DNA from: Candidatus Thorarchaeota archaeon
GTDB lineage: Archaea; Asgardarchaeota; Heimdallarchaeia; Hodarchaeales; Hodarchaeaceae
DNA length: 32,000 nt
Reading direction: 5' to 3'
Assembly (NCBI GenBank): GCA_048882505.1
Contig: JBHLRO010000003.1
Span: forward strand, 210,001 to 242,000
A model generated the notes under the pieces. That model worked only from the letters and a program-made list of their open reading frames with translations, did no database searches and was not told the origin of the DNA. Shown here piece after piece: positions 17,601-27,446 of the stretch. Within the stretch, counting starts at the first letter, position 1, and each line of letters begins with the position of its first letter. The position numbers were made by a program, and so were the translations under genes.

Positions 17601-17905
17601 TATTCCTCATTCAATTACCATTTCAATCGTTAACCATTCAGAACGTTACTAACGACCTATTCCTTCTCCACAACTGAACCATCATGATATTGAGCAAATC
17701 GTCCTTTCGATGCAGGATGTACGGGGTCACTCCTCTCCCACGGCCAGCCACCAAATTGTGTTCGATGGAAATCAGCGAAGGCTTGTTGGATCTCTTGCCG
17801 AGTATTCATAATGAAGGGCCCGTATTGGACAACCTGCTCTTCTATGGCATTACCTTGGAGGAACAAAATTCGGCTCGGATCCGAACCGTTTTTCAGTCTA
17901 ATAGG
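16887..17905. repeat. Direct repeat copy 2 (see 14573..15591)
   Basis: Collinear with copy 1 at offset 2,314 bp. Confidence 0.9.
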
Positions 17906-18673
17906 TTGATCGCTGTAGACGTCAATGGTGCGGTACCTCAGAATTTCGCGGCCGTCAACCGTTAGAGAAGTACCTTCGAAAAAATAAAGCGAACGATTTG
18001 TCTGTTCTTTAGCGGCGGGGAGGAGGATTTGTGCCTCAGGCTCCATAGAAATTATCCAAATCGCAACCTGGTTTGAAGCTGAGTGAGCCCAAGAATCAGG
18101 AGCGGGTTCAAGAGCTGGCTGATTACCAAAATTGCCTGAAATGATACGGATACTAGTTGAACAACCACGAGAATCCTGAAATTTGACAATCGGAATCTCC
18201 TCGCTCCATAACATTTTATAGTGAGGGTCAACGAATTTATCTGCTTTCGGAAGATTTAGCCAGATCTGAAACAGGTCCAAAGAATTGGGACGATCGGTAT
18301 AGACGAGAGGGAACATTTCAGAATGCTGTAATCCGCTGCCAGCCGTCATCCACTGGACATCTCCTTGTCCATATCGCCCTGTAGCGCCCCCTGAGTCAAA
18401 ATGATCCACAAATCCCTCGAGTACAATTGTAACAGTCTCAAAACCTCGATGCGGATGAACGGGAAACCCAGGTACCTTCTTCCCGTGGTACATACGCCAT
18501 TCTGCATTGGAATCGAAATCTTGGCCAAGATCTCGGCCTGCCAGTGATTCAGCTGGGCCCATCTCGCCGTTACCTTGTGGGTAGGCATCCTGATGATGGA
18601 CACAGAATAGAAATGGATTGCTAGTTTCCCATACAAACCCCAGAGGATTTATCGTTTTGATTACTCCTTTCAT
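17657..18673 (-). CDS. Pirin family protein (bicupin), full length
   Basis: PFLFCVHH, GFPVHPHRGFETVT, MTAGSGLQHSE (H,H,H,E iron ligands), C-terminal GPFIMNT. Confidence 0.93.
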   Translation of the reverse strand: MKGVIKTINPLGFVWETSNPFLFCVHHQDAYPQGNGEMGPAESLAGRDLGQDFDSNAEWRMYHGKKVPGFPVHPHRGFETVTIVLEGFVDHFDSGGATGRYGQGDVQWMTAGSGLQHSEMFPLVYTDRPNSLDLFQIWLNLPKADKFVDPHYKMLWSEEIPIVKFQDSRGCSTSIRIISGNFGNQPALEPAPDSWAHSASNQVAIWIISMEPEAQILLPAAKEQTNRSLYFFEGTSLTVDGREILRYRTIDVYSDQPIRLKNGSDPSRILFLQGNAIEEQVVQYGPFIMNTRQEIQQAFADFHRTQFGGWPWERSDPVHPASKGRFAQYHDGSVVEKE

Positions 18674-18802
18674 GGCATTTATCTTCCAAGAATCTGCATA
18701 TCGTTCATGGATAGTGTGATTAGATAGCTACTGTTGCTTCGAAAGGTTCTTGGCGTTTCCCGGAATTTATCAATTTCCTTCGTGTGATCGAAATGAAATA
18801 AG

Positions 18803-20533
18803 TTAGGTGATATCCCTTCTTGGCGTCCAGAATTTGATAACAGAACTGAAAAAAGCAAAAATAATGGTTCCAAACGCAGCCGTTTCCAGAATAGCATTCT
18901 CTAGGATAACGTCATTTAACATTATGCCAATGATATCAAAGTAATTGAATGGCGAAAGAAAACGTAGCCAGGACAGGCTATCTTGATTCAAAAACCACAC
19001 TACTGGGACGAAAAGCGCCATCAAAAAGGCTCCGATCAGTGTGATTAACAGATATTTCGGACGTGGAATAGACGCCAGCGTAACGAATAGAACTAGAAAG
19101 ATACTATAACCTATTGCAAGATAGATAAAGGCCGAAATTGTAGTCACGAGATCAATTAACGCGACATCAACAAAAAAGCCGAGTACTATTTCTCCAGAAT
19201 ATAGAGCAATGAAATTGAATACTGTAATAATCCATAGATATAAGAGCGTGGCAATCGTCCTTTGGGTGATGACCCAAGCACGAGTACGGGGCATAGACCA
19301 CGTGATTTCATCGTAGCCTGCATTACGATCCCGCATGATAATGCTGTAGGTTGCAATGAAGAGAAACGGGCCATAATATATCCAATGGAAGATAAACAAC
19401 TTCATGATCACAAAACCCCCAAGCGTCGGAGTAACCGCATCCGCATGTCCGAAGAGAAAAGCCGCAAAGACGGGTGATGTTATCAACTCTGAAACCATTG
19501 TAGATAATAAATCTGCCATCAAAGCATCTCCTGGATAGGCAATTGCTACAACCACAAGCAAAATACTTGTTACGAGGAGATAAATTAGGAAAAAACCCGC
19601 GGATGACTGAAGTTGATCCCGAAATGCAGGATATTTCCAGCCTACCTTTGAAAGCACTGATTCCACAGGAGTTCGAATGAAGGAAAATTTGGCCATCATT
19701 CCTAGAGCATTCTCTTCTTTATCCACCGGATTGTAGCTTAACCGCGGTGCAATATAGTCTACTCTATAAAGAAACACAATCGTCATTATTGAGAGAAGTA
19801 GACTCAGAACAAGACATTTGAGGATGAATTCCTCATTCCACGTTCCCGCAATGGCGTGCTGAAAAGAGTTGATTTGCGACATGAGGTTGATATCTTTGAC
19901 AAAGTCTATTTCTTGCTGGAGGAGGTTTAAGGTAAACGAAACAATGAAAAAAACGCCTCCAAATGCATAACCGGTTTTTGGAGACGACCAGATGGCAGAC
20001 CCCAAACTAGTTATCATAGTAACAACAAGAACGAAGAACATTGGAAGGATTGCAGCAATAGTTAGAGCGGATAGGTCAACTTCGCCGCCGCTTGATAACA
20101 GAAAGCCCGCCCCAGTAAGGTACGCTGGCAGCACAGTAAGTGGAATCATTACAATAACTATGAGAAGGTTCTCAACAAAATACCATATGAGTGATTTATT
20201 GGTACTTAGGATTAGCTCTTTTCCTTCTTTCTCATTGAAAGGTAATATGTTGACACCAAAAAAAATCCCGATTAAAGGGTAGAAAATGGTTAAAACTATG
20301 GAACCAAAGAATATTAATAGCCAGATGAGCGCACCAGCGGTTTCTACATTATTTATGCCAGTAATAAGTTGAAAAACTGGAACGTTGATGAAGGCCTTCA
20401 GGGCATCAGGTCCAGGGTAAATAACGCAAATCAGAGCAATTCCAGCGGTTAATACTACTGTCGCTAGAGAAAAAGTAATCCTGTGCCTTTTCAAATTCAG
20501 CCAATAACGGTGGGCTGTATATTGAACGATCAT
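18803..20533 (-). CDS. ABC-2-type exporter permease (two fused membrane domains)
   Basis: About 12 TM segments in two halves with 'ELILSTNKS' and 'EITWSMPRTR' pseudo-repeats and 'SPFNYF'. Likely start is MIVQY at 20533, 7 nt after the ATPase stop. Confidence 0.85.
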   Translation of the reverse strand: MIVQYTAHRYWLNLKRHRITFSLATVVLTAGIALICVIYPGPDALKAFINVPVFQLITGINNVETAGALIWLLIFFGSIVLTIFYPLIGIFFGVNILPFNEKEGKELILSTNKSLIWYFVENLLIVIVMIPLTVLPAYLTGAGFLLSSGGEVDLSALTIAAILPMFFVLVVTMITSLGSAIWSSPKTGYAFGGVFFIVSFTLNLLQQEIDFVKDINLMSQINSFQHAIAGTWNEEFILKCLVLSLLLSIMTIVFLYRVDYIAPRLSYNPVDKEENALGMMAKFSFIRTPVESVLSKVGWKYPAFRDQLQSSAGFFLIYLLVTSILLVVVAIAYPGDALMADLLSTMVSELITSPVFAAFLFGHADAVTPTLGGFVIMKLFIFHWIYYGPFLFIATYSIIMRDRNAGYDEITWSMPRTRAWVITQRTIATLLYLWIITVFNFIALYSGEIVLGFFVDVALIDLVTTISAFIYLAIGYSIFLVLFVTLASIPRPKYLLITLIGAFLMALFVPVVWFLNQDSLSWLRFLSPFNYFDIIGIMLNDVILENAILETAAFGTIIFAFFSSVIKFWTPRRDIT

Positions 20534-20540
20534 CTTCGTA

Positions 20541-21464
20541 TTACCTTCTTTTTTCCTCATAGAACTGGAGGAAGAACTCTTCCAGACTGGCGGGAGGATA
20601 AACAAGTTCTTCAGGATCCATAGCTAATAGGATGCCGATATTATCTTTAATTGAATCCTCCACCCCAATTAATAGTTTAACGAAATTATCGTGCTTCCGA
20701 AATTCCAAAAGCCGGTCACCAAACTCTGTAAGGCGTAATTCATTTGGATTTCGAAGCCGTGCTTCCAAGACACGAGGAACATTCCTATTAAGGGCATTAA
20801 TTTCTTGGGTACTGATGAGAAAGCCATCATTAACTATTCCGACTCGGTCGCATACCTTTTGCACCTCTTCTAGATTATGAGAGCTCATGAAGAGGGTTTT
20901 TCCTTCCTTCTTCGATTCTAAGAGAATTTTGTATACCACCTGCTGGAGTAATGGATCTAATCCTGCGGTGGGTTCATCCATGATTAGGACGTCAGGATCG
21001 TTCATAAAGGCCGCTACAATGCCCACTTTCTGCTTGTTGCCTTTTGAAAGAGCGCCAATTTTCTTGTGAAGGTTAGAATTCAGATCAAATCGATCGATAA
21101 TTTCTTGCCTTCGTACTGCCGGCCTCGCGCGCATGGCTTCAATATAATTTAGGAATTCTCTTACCGTATAATATTCGGGTAGCGATAATTCACCTGGAAC
21201 GTAACCTATCTTTCCACGTAAGTCAGGATTTCCCCGTGAAACTATTTCCCCGTCTATTTTGATCTTTCCTTTAGTAGCTAGAAGAGTGTTCATCATACAG
21301 CGGATTGTTGTTGTTTTTCCTGCCCCATTAGGCCCCAGGAAACCGAATATTTCACCACTTTGTACTTCGAGATCCAAGTTCTCTATTCCACGGGTAGAAC
21401 TGTAATACTTCGTTAACCCTCTGATTTGAATTTTCGGCTCTCTAATCAACACGTTCACCAGCAT
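20541..21464 (-). CDS. ABC transporter ATP-binding protein (DrrA/CcmA-like exporter)
   Basis: Walker A GPNGAGKTT, signature LSKGN, Walker B LIMDEPT, H-loop SSH. Start 21464 preferred over 21476. Confidence 0.95.
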   Translation of the reverse strand: MLVNVLIREPKIQIRGLTKYYSSTRGIENLDLEVQSGEIFGFLGPNGAGKTTTIRCMMNTLLATKGKIKIDGEIVSRGNPDLRGKIGYVPGELSLPEYYTVREFLNYIEAMRARPAVRRQEIIDRFDLNSNLHKKIGALSKGNKQKVGIVAAFMNDPDVLIMDEPTAGLDPLLQQVVYKILLESKKEGKTLFMSSHNLEEVQKVCDRVGIVNDGFLISTQEINALNRNVPRVLEARLRNPNELRLTEFGDRLLEFRKHDNFVKLLIGVEDSIKDNIGILLAMDPEELVYPPASLEEFFLQFYEEKRR

Positions 21465-21673
21465 GCATAGACACATTATTGTCTGATTCGTAATTATCTA
21501 CATAAAAGGCGTAATGTCACCTCTATCCAAGCGGCTTAATGCTCATAATACTAGGTATTCTTTCCCTCGCCATTAATCCCGAAGGTTGGGAGGTGTACCT
21601 GCCTATCTAAGGACGACCTTCCAAAAATCTTTAAAATTTTATATTACTATTTGGGGAAAGGAGACGGTTTTTC

Positions 21674-22285
21674 TCACCCTCGCAACGTTAGGATATAACC
21701 AAAACGGGGCAGAAATCGTCCAGTTCTTTTCATATACTCTAGATATTCATCTCCAAACTGTTCTAATAGAATCTCCTCTTCGCTCCTAGCTATCCAAAAG
21801 AATGGGATTGCAATAGCAATAGCAAAGAAGATAGCCAATAAATTCGCGGTTATTAATGCAACCGAGATACCGAATATGTTGAAGGTTGTATACATAGGAT
21901 GACGAACTCTACTATAAGGGCCAGCGGTGATCAACTGGTGATCTTTTTGGATTTCCCACCTGGCAGCATATTGCTTACCCAAGGTGTGATGAATCCATAC
22001 AGTAAGCGCAATACCCACTGTAGCTAAACCCCCTCCAAGCCATCGCACCAATGATGGCAAAGGAACATAAAATTGAATAATGATCTGGGGAATGAAAAAC
22101 CATAAACCCAGAGATAGAAAATATCCCAGAATTGCGATCATGAGTGCTATCGTAGCTTTGTTAAACAAACTATATACTTTTTCACTCTCTCTTCCGAGAG
22201 TTTGACTTCTGTAAAAAATCCTCACACCAGCAAAGACGGCATAAACGGAGACAAAGAGTAACCTAAACACGGATTCCTCGTCCAC
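21674..22285 (-). CDS. Isoprenylcysteine carboxyl methyltransferase (ICMT/PEMT)-family membrane methyltransferase
   Basis: HQLITAGPYSRVRHPMY and EEEILLEQFGDEYLEYMKRTGRFLP family motifs; GTG start. Confidence 0.9.
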   Translation of the reverse strand: MDEESVFRLLFVSVYAVFAGVRIFYRSQTLGRESEKVYSLFNKATIALMIAILGYFLSLGLWFFIPQIIIQFYVPLPSLVRWLGGGLATVGIALTVWIHHTLGKQYAARWEIQKDHQLITAGPYSRVRHPMYTTFNIFGISVALITANLLAIFFAIAIAIPFFWIARSEEEILLEQFGDEYLEYMKRTGRFLPRFGYILTLRG

Positions 22286-22514
22286 AAGCGTTCACCGTTC
22301 ATCAATAACACTTCGTGTTTTTATAAATCCCTCTATGTATGTACTAACTTTCGAAACCAAAGCCATCAGTTTAAGACAATCGATATCCCGCCAATTTCTG
22401 CTAAAATGAATTGACTTGGAACTTTTTGATTCGAGATGGAACTCCTTCTCTCGTTTCCGACAATTTATAACTTAAGGGATTTTTCGTCAGAAAGATCTTT
22501 AGGAGTATGGTTGT

Positions 22515-24101
22515 ATGAAATATTGCGATTCTATTGCACCATCTATTGAAAACTTAAAACAGGACGCCAAAGATAGCGAATGGCCTAATCATTTTTCTCG
22601 GAATGCAATCCTAGAGCAAATTAAACATATCAAGTCGACACCCGATAAGTATCTGCCATTAGTCAATGCCTACGATCTCACTGAAAGCTCCCAAGCTGTG
22701 GGTCATGCTAAGGAACATGAACCGAAAATCAAGCTGCTCGGTCAAAGTCTCCACTCAGAAAAAGAAAGTAATTCGTGGGGGGGTATGTTATATCGGGTTC
22801 TTGGGGATGAAAGTACAGTTGAAGACTCATCGAAGCTTTGTATTCAATATATTTATACCTATGTCCGTCAAAAACTACCAATCACAATGTACAACCTCGT
22901 TTTGCCGTTACTCTTTCTTTTCTTCATCTCAATTTACTTTAAATTCGATACCATCACTTATGTCGAAACCTCCACGGGGGGGGTTGATCCTGATCAATTT
23001 CTAATAGTATCGCAATATTACTACGGTTTCGCAGTTATCCTTGGTTCATTAATCTTTATTGCAGGAATGGCTGACCTTAGCTATACCTATTATAGGAAAA
23101 AAGTAGTTTCAGTAAGGTCGCTGTTATTAGTCATTCTCATGGTCATCTTTGGGATCCTTCTAATCATAGAATTCTTCTTCTTCTTCAATCCATTTTGGAC
23201 GATTATTCTTGCGTATGCTATTAATCTTGAATCAACCGAAATTGACCAATGGATTATCCAGATAGGTTTAGTTCCAATAATTCTGTTAATCTTGATCATT
23301 GCGTCCGTCATTCTTATCCTATATCAGGATACTATCCTTAAAAACAAATTGACTGGCATTTGGAACTTTATAATCCGAAAACTCAGTCATGATATGGACT
23401 ACGCTCCTATATTCGTTTACTTGGAGAAAACCACCAAAAATAAATGGCAAGTATCTATGATCCGATCTGACAACCTCCATTACTGTATTACAGAGAAAAA
23501 GGGAAAATCTGCCCGAAAATACGAGCGGAAGGGAAGGCCGACTTTCATAATGAGAGGACTCCATCATTCTGTAGAACCCATACGGGGATATCAAATCAGG
23601 CTTTATTATCTTAAAATGATTTTTTCGTTTGTTTTACTTCTGATACTGGTGTTTATGTTTGTATTCCTGACAGTTCTTGATATAGATATCTTTTCTCTGA
23701 TACAAAGTAGGATCAGACCGCTGATTCCGAACTTCTTTGGTTTAGACCCAGTTGGGCTTGATAGATTTAGCTATGCGATTGCGATGCTTGTTTATAGATT
23801 GGTCTATAGCGTAGCGGTCTTCGGTTGTCTATATTACTTCATTACACGGAGACCCTTTGAATTAAGACTCGATGAAGACCAAAATCTCTCCGAAATACGT
23901 TATTACCACTTAAATTCCGTTAAACTCCAGACATTATGGAATCTGAAGACGGAAGCCCAATTTTTGATCCAGGAAAAACTCCAAAATCCATTTAGCGAGA
24001 ATATGACGGAAGAAGTACTGCGAAAAGGGAAGATCAAACAGAAGAGGTATTGGGACTCGTTCTATGATTCCGAACTTGAAAAAGGAGACATATGTTCCTA
24101 A
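22515..24101 (+). CDS. Large hypothetical multi-pass membrane protein with soluble N-terminal, central and C-terminal segments
   Basis: 528-aa ORF with about 7 TM segments; no family recognised. Confidence 0.75.
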   Translation: MKYCDSIAPSIENLKQDAKDSEWPNHFSRNAILEQIKHIKSTPDKYLPLVNAYDLTESSQAVGHAKEHEPKIKLLGQSLHSEKESNSWGGMLYRVLGDESTVEDSSKLCIQYIYTYVRQKLPITMYNLVLPLLFLFFISIYFKFDTITYVETSTGGVDPDQFLIVSQYYYGFAVILGSLIFIAGMADLSYTYYRKKVVSVRSLLLVILMVIFGILLIIEFFFFFNPFWTIILAYAINLESTEIDQWIIQIGLVPIILLILIIASVILILYQDTILKNKLTGIWNFIIRKLSHDMDYAPIFVYLEKTTKNKWQVSMIRSDNLHYCITEKKGKSARKYERKGRPTFIMRGLHHSVEPIRGYQIRLYYLKMIFSFVLLLILVFMFVFLTVLDIDIFSLIQSRIRPLIPNFFGLDPVGLDRFSYAIAMLVYRLVYSVAVFGCLYYFITRRPFELRLDEDQNLSEIRYYHLNSVKLQTLWNLKTEAQFLIQEKLQNPFSENMTEEVLRKGKIKQKRYWDSFYDSELEKGDICS

Positions 24102-24150
24102 AATGTATTACGATTGATTTCCCATAGACATCATTTTGGAAATGGATTAA

Positions 24151-24747
24151 ATGAATAAACATGATTCATTCAATAAACTATTCGAGAATGGCATCTCTTA
24201 CAAAGAATACACTAAAAAAAGTGATAAACACAAAGAAAGGATGAACGACAGTTTTAATGCTGGTCAAATGGCAGTTAACAGGCTTCCCCAGGATAAAGTC
24301 TCACTTTTGAATGAGAAACTGCGTGTACTTTGCATCGCGGAAAGTTGGTGTGGTGATTGTGCCAATGGAGTTCCTATCATAGCTGTACTTGCAGACATCC
24401 TTCCTAACTGGACATTTCGTATCAGTTCTCGTGATAGTTATCCTGACGAAATCGAATCGTTCTATTCAACTGCAGGAAGAAAGAAAATTCCAGTAATTGT
24501 TTTCGCGGATGAAGATGGAGATGAGATTATGCGATGGATCGAGAGGCCAATGCGAAGTTATCGGCTGTTGGGCAAGCTAAAAGACCAAAACCTAACAAAA
24601 GAGAGATACCTCGAGCAATACAAGGATACTCTCGAGTTTAAACCACCATTTGTCTCTGAGGAGATACTCAAAGAGCTGATTCGTGTAGCTGAAAAAGCAG
24701 CTTCGATTGTTCGTGCCAATCCACCATCAAAAAAAGTTCGAGAATGA
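24151..24747 (+). CDS. Thioredoxin-like protein (WCGDC active site)
   Basis: CIAESWCGDC, and IPVIVF with the cis-Pro of the thioredoxin fold; 'WIERP'. Confidence 0.88.
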   Translation: MNKHDSFNKLFENGISYKEYTKKSDKHKERMNDSFNAGQMAVNRLPQDKVSLLNEKLRVLCIAESWCGDCANGVPIIAVLADILPNWTFRISSRDSYPDEIESFYSTAGRKKIPVIVFADEDGDEIMRWIERPMRSYRLLGKLKDQNLTKERYLEQYKDTLEFKPPFVSEEILKELIRVAEKAASIVRANPPSKKVRE

Positions 24748-24762
24748 AAGCATGTTAGAGCC

Positions 24763-25542
24763 ATGCCTACGGTTAATATTGAGAAAGCAAAGCAAGAGGA
24801 CGCTCATAAACTTGCTTTAATTTCTAAAAAGGCGTTTGACAGTGATTCCGAAGTAGGGGCTCCTGGCCCTGGGGGCCCCCCTGGATATGACACTTCTGCT
24901 GCCCAACTTCGATTTATGAAGTTCATGGATTACTATAAGATACTCTTTGAGGAAAAAATCGTTGGCGGGATTTTTTCTCGAGGAGTTAAACATCATCGTG
25001 TTTTAGAAAGAATTTTTGTTGATCCTGCTCATCATAACAAGGGCATTGCTGCCAGGGCGATGGAATTACTTTGGGAACAATATCCCAGTGTCCAGTTATG
25101 GACATTAGGAACCCCTGAGTGGAACGTGAGGACGAATCACTTTTACCAAAAGCTGGGGTTCATTCAAATAGGATGGGATGATGAATACCCTGGCTGGCGC
25201 GGTATATGGTACCAAAAAGTGATGGATTCGTCTATGCCTTATGGGATTACAAAAATTGCGGATTTAAAAAAGGGAATGAAGGATGTCACCGTCGAAGGGG
25301 TCATCCATGCGGTATCGGCATCTAGAAGGGTAAAATCCAGATCCACTGGAAAATCACTGGCCGTTGCTGACGCGGAACTTCGGGATAACACGGGCAAAGT
25401 TGTTCTGGTACTGTGGAACGAACAAATATCTCGGGTGGGAGTCGAGGATAGGGTACGTATCGAGTTCGGTGCAGTAAATACATATAAGGGGATTAAACAG
25501 CTAACCTTAAGCTGGGCTGGACGAATTATTACCTTAGTGTGA
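24763..25542 (+). CDS. GNAT acetyltransferase fused to a C-terminal SSB/RPA-type OB fold
   Basis: GNAT motif A VDPAHHNKGIA and NHFYQKLGF. The C-terminal ~98 aa (KIADLKKGMKDVTVEG..LRDNTGKVVLVLWNEQ..TYKGIKQL) closely resemble crenarchaeal SSB/hSSB1-type OB folds. Confidence 0.88.
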   Translation: MPTVNIEKAKQEDAHKLALISKKAFDSDSEVGAPGPGGPPGYDTSAAQLRFMKFMDYYKILFEEKIVGGIFSRGVKHHRVLERIFVDPAHHNKGIAARAMELLWEQYPSVQLWTLGTPEWNVRTNHFYQKLGFIQIGWDDEYPGWRGIWYQKVMDSSMPYGITKIADLKKGMKDVTVEGVIHAVSASRRVKSRSTGKSLAVADAELRDNTGKVVLVLWNEQISRVGVEDRVRIEFGAVNTYKGIKQLTLSWAGRIITLV

Positions 25543-25723
25543 ACTTCTCGCCCTTTTTCCTATTTGAGTCACCTCTTTTCAATATAAGAAATCCCTCTAA
25601 AGTGATGATGAAGATTAAGACGAGATTAATCGGTGGCCCAAAAAAGATGAAAGCCATAGTTCCCAGCAGTACAAAAAAGAAGATACCCCAAAATTTATTG
25701 TAGTTTATTTCATTTGAATTCAT
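25529..25723 (-). CDS. Small two-TM membrane protein
   Basis: 64 aa with two hydrophobic segments and a basic tail; 14-nt convergent overlap. Confidence 0.5.
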   Translation of the reverse strand: MNSNEINYNKFWGIFFFVLLGTMAFIFFGPPINLVLIFIITLEGFLILKRGDSNRKKGEKFTLR

Positions 25724-25957
25724 ACTGCGCCCTCTGTTTTCGGTAATGAAACTTCACGAATCTGCGGATCTGTGGACTATTAAGGTTTTACATTAATCAA
25801 GAGTTACCCATTGATATCAATTTGACTCAAAAAATACCCAAACCAGTGATCAGACCATTGCTTATAAAAAGGATGACGATAAAAAATCCTTGAACTAACA
25901 ATAAATTTGAAATAAATACATGCTTTTCCATAATCCCATTCCTGATGGCGATAAAAT

Positions 25958-26950
25958 ATGGCCGAATGGACTGAGATCTTCAAATTTGATCCTTTGCCCC
26001 CATTAGAAAGGGCATCGAATTTAGCCGTCCGTCTAAATACACGGAAGTTTCTACTTGATGAAGAGACAGATCCTTCAGGTGACCTCTGGACATCAAAAGA
26101 AGTAGAAAGGATTTTTCGGAGACAGCACGAACGTGGCTTTTGGAAATATCCAGCTGGCAACTTGGTTGTCAGAACACAAGAGAATTACAACCAGCTTGAA
26201 ACTTATCGTCAGTTGGGGTTCTTGGTTGAAAAATATATGTTGAATAAAAAGCACCCTTCCATTCAGAAGGCTTGTGACTTCCTGCTATCCTTTCAAACCA
26301 CTGAGGGGGATATAAGGGGCATCTATGGAAATCAATACACTCCCAACTATACCGCAGGGATAATTGAACTATTAATCAAGGCTGGGTATGCGTATGATCC
26401 TCGGATTCTGAAAGGTTTAGAATGGTTACTAGGTATCCGTCAAAATGATGGAGGATGGGCGATTCCCATTCGCACACGACGCCTTAAATTGGATAGCATT
26501 ACTCCACAATCTAAAATGGAAGCCGTCCTCCCTGATATGAAAAGACCCTTTTCTCATTTGGTGACTGGTGTCGTTTTAAGAGCGTTGGCCATTCATCCGA
26601 AATATTCGAAGATCGAAGAAACATTGAAAGCTGGAGAACTGTTAATAGATCGGTTTTTTAAGGCTGATAAATATTCAGATAGGAAATCCCCAGACTTTTG
26701 GTACAAATTCGCATTTCCTTTCTGGTTTACTGATTTGCTTTCTGCACTCGATTCCCTGGCTTCATTAAATCATACACTTGAAAACGAGAAGATAAATGAA
26801 GCTGTACAATATTTCATAAAGACTCAGAGTGATTCAGGACTCTGGACGTCGTTAAAACTGTTGAAAATCAAAGGAACCATTGCCCACCAATGGATCAGTA
26901 TGGTGATTACTCGAACCATCAAAAGACTAATTCTGAATGCCAATCCATAA
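25958..26950 (+). CDS. Prenyltransferase/squalene-oxidase-repeat (alpha/alpha barrel) protein, function unknown
   Basis: QW-like repeats: RQHERGFW, FQTTEGDI, LLGIRQNDGGW, TQSDSGLW. Confidence 0.75.
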   Translation: MAEWTEIFKFDPLPPLERASNLAVRLNTRKFLLDEETDPSGDLWTSKEVERIFRRQHERGFWKYPAGNLVVRTQENYNQLETYRQLGFLVEKYMLNKKHPSIQKACDFLLSFQTTEGDIRGIYGNQYTPNYTAGIIELLIKAGYAYDPRILKGLEWLLGIRQNDGGWAIPIRTRRLKLDSITPQSKMEAVLPDMKRPFSHLVTGVVLRALAIHPKYSKIEETLKAGELLIDRFFKADKYSDRKSPDFWYKFAFPFWFTDLLSALDSLASLNHTLENEKINEAVQYFIKTQSDSGLWTSLKLLKIKGTIAHQWISMVITRTIKRLILNANP

Positions 26951-27446
26951 AATACATGCCCGTACCGCCTGCAATAAAAATCTTCATTTGATGACCTAGA
27001 TAGGCGGGAGCGTCGCTATTAGTAGTTTATTCTTTTCCGAATTTCATAGTCGCCTTAAGACCATCCATGAAACGCTGCATGCAGTTCTCGTCTTTCTTTA
27101 AGTTGTTTAGGAACGTTTCTTAGTTCATTTCTTCTTATATATTTACATAGCTTATCGACCGTCTTTTCCATTCCATTACTCTCTGGACAGGAGAGATCTG
27201 ATCCCCTATTGACACCATGAAACATTAATTAAAATATCTTTGACATTTTAAAATTCAAATGCCTGCAAAACTACCCGATGAAAAGCCCCGAAAAAAAATT
27301 GATATAAGGAAATCTCGTTCAACGTTTTCAAAAACGAAAAAGAAATTTTTCGTTAAAATCAGGTTCTCCTCCTGAATCTGACTCATAGGTGAAATATTTT
27401 TTTATCGTAGGCTTATATAACGAGAGTTCTTTTGAGGTTTTATCAA

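Noticed and set aside
15370-17965. Near-identical + strand ORFs 15370..15663 and 17684..17965
   Set aside because: They are antisense readings of the duplicated pirin 3' end, not a separate duplicated gene.
27030-27170. Minus-strand frameshifted stretch (MEKTVDKLCKYIRRNEL / ETFLNNLKKDENCMQRFMDGLKATMKFGKE*)
   Set aside because: It looks protein-like, but no family is recognisable and joining the pieces needs an assumed frameshift; unsupported without a homology search.
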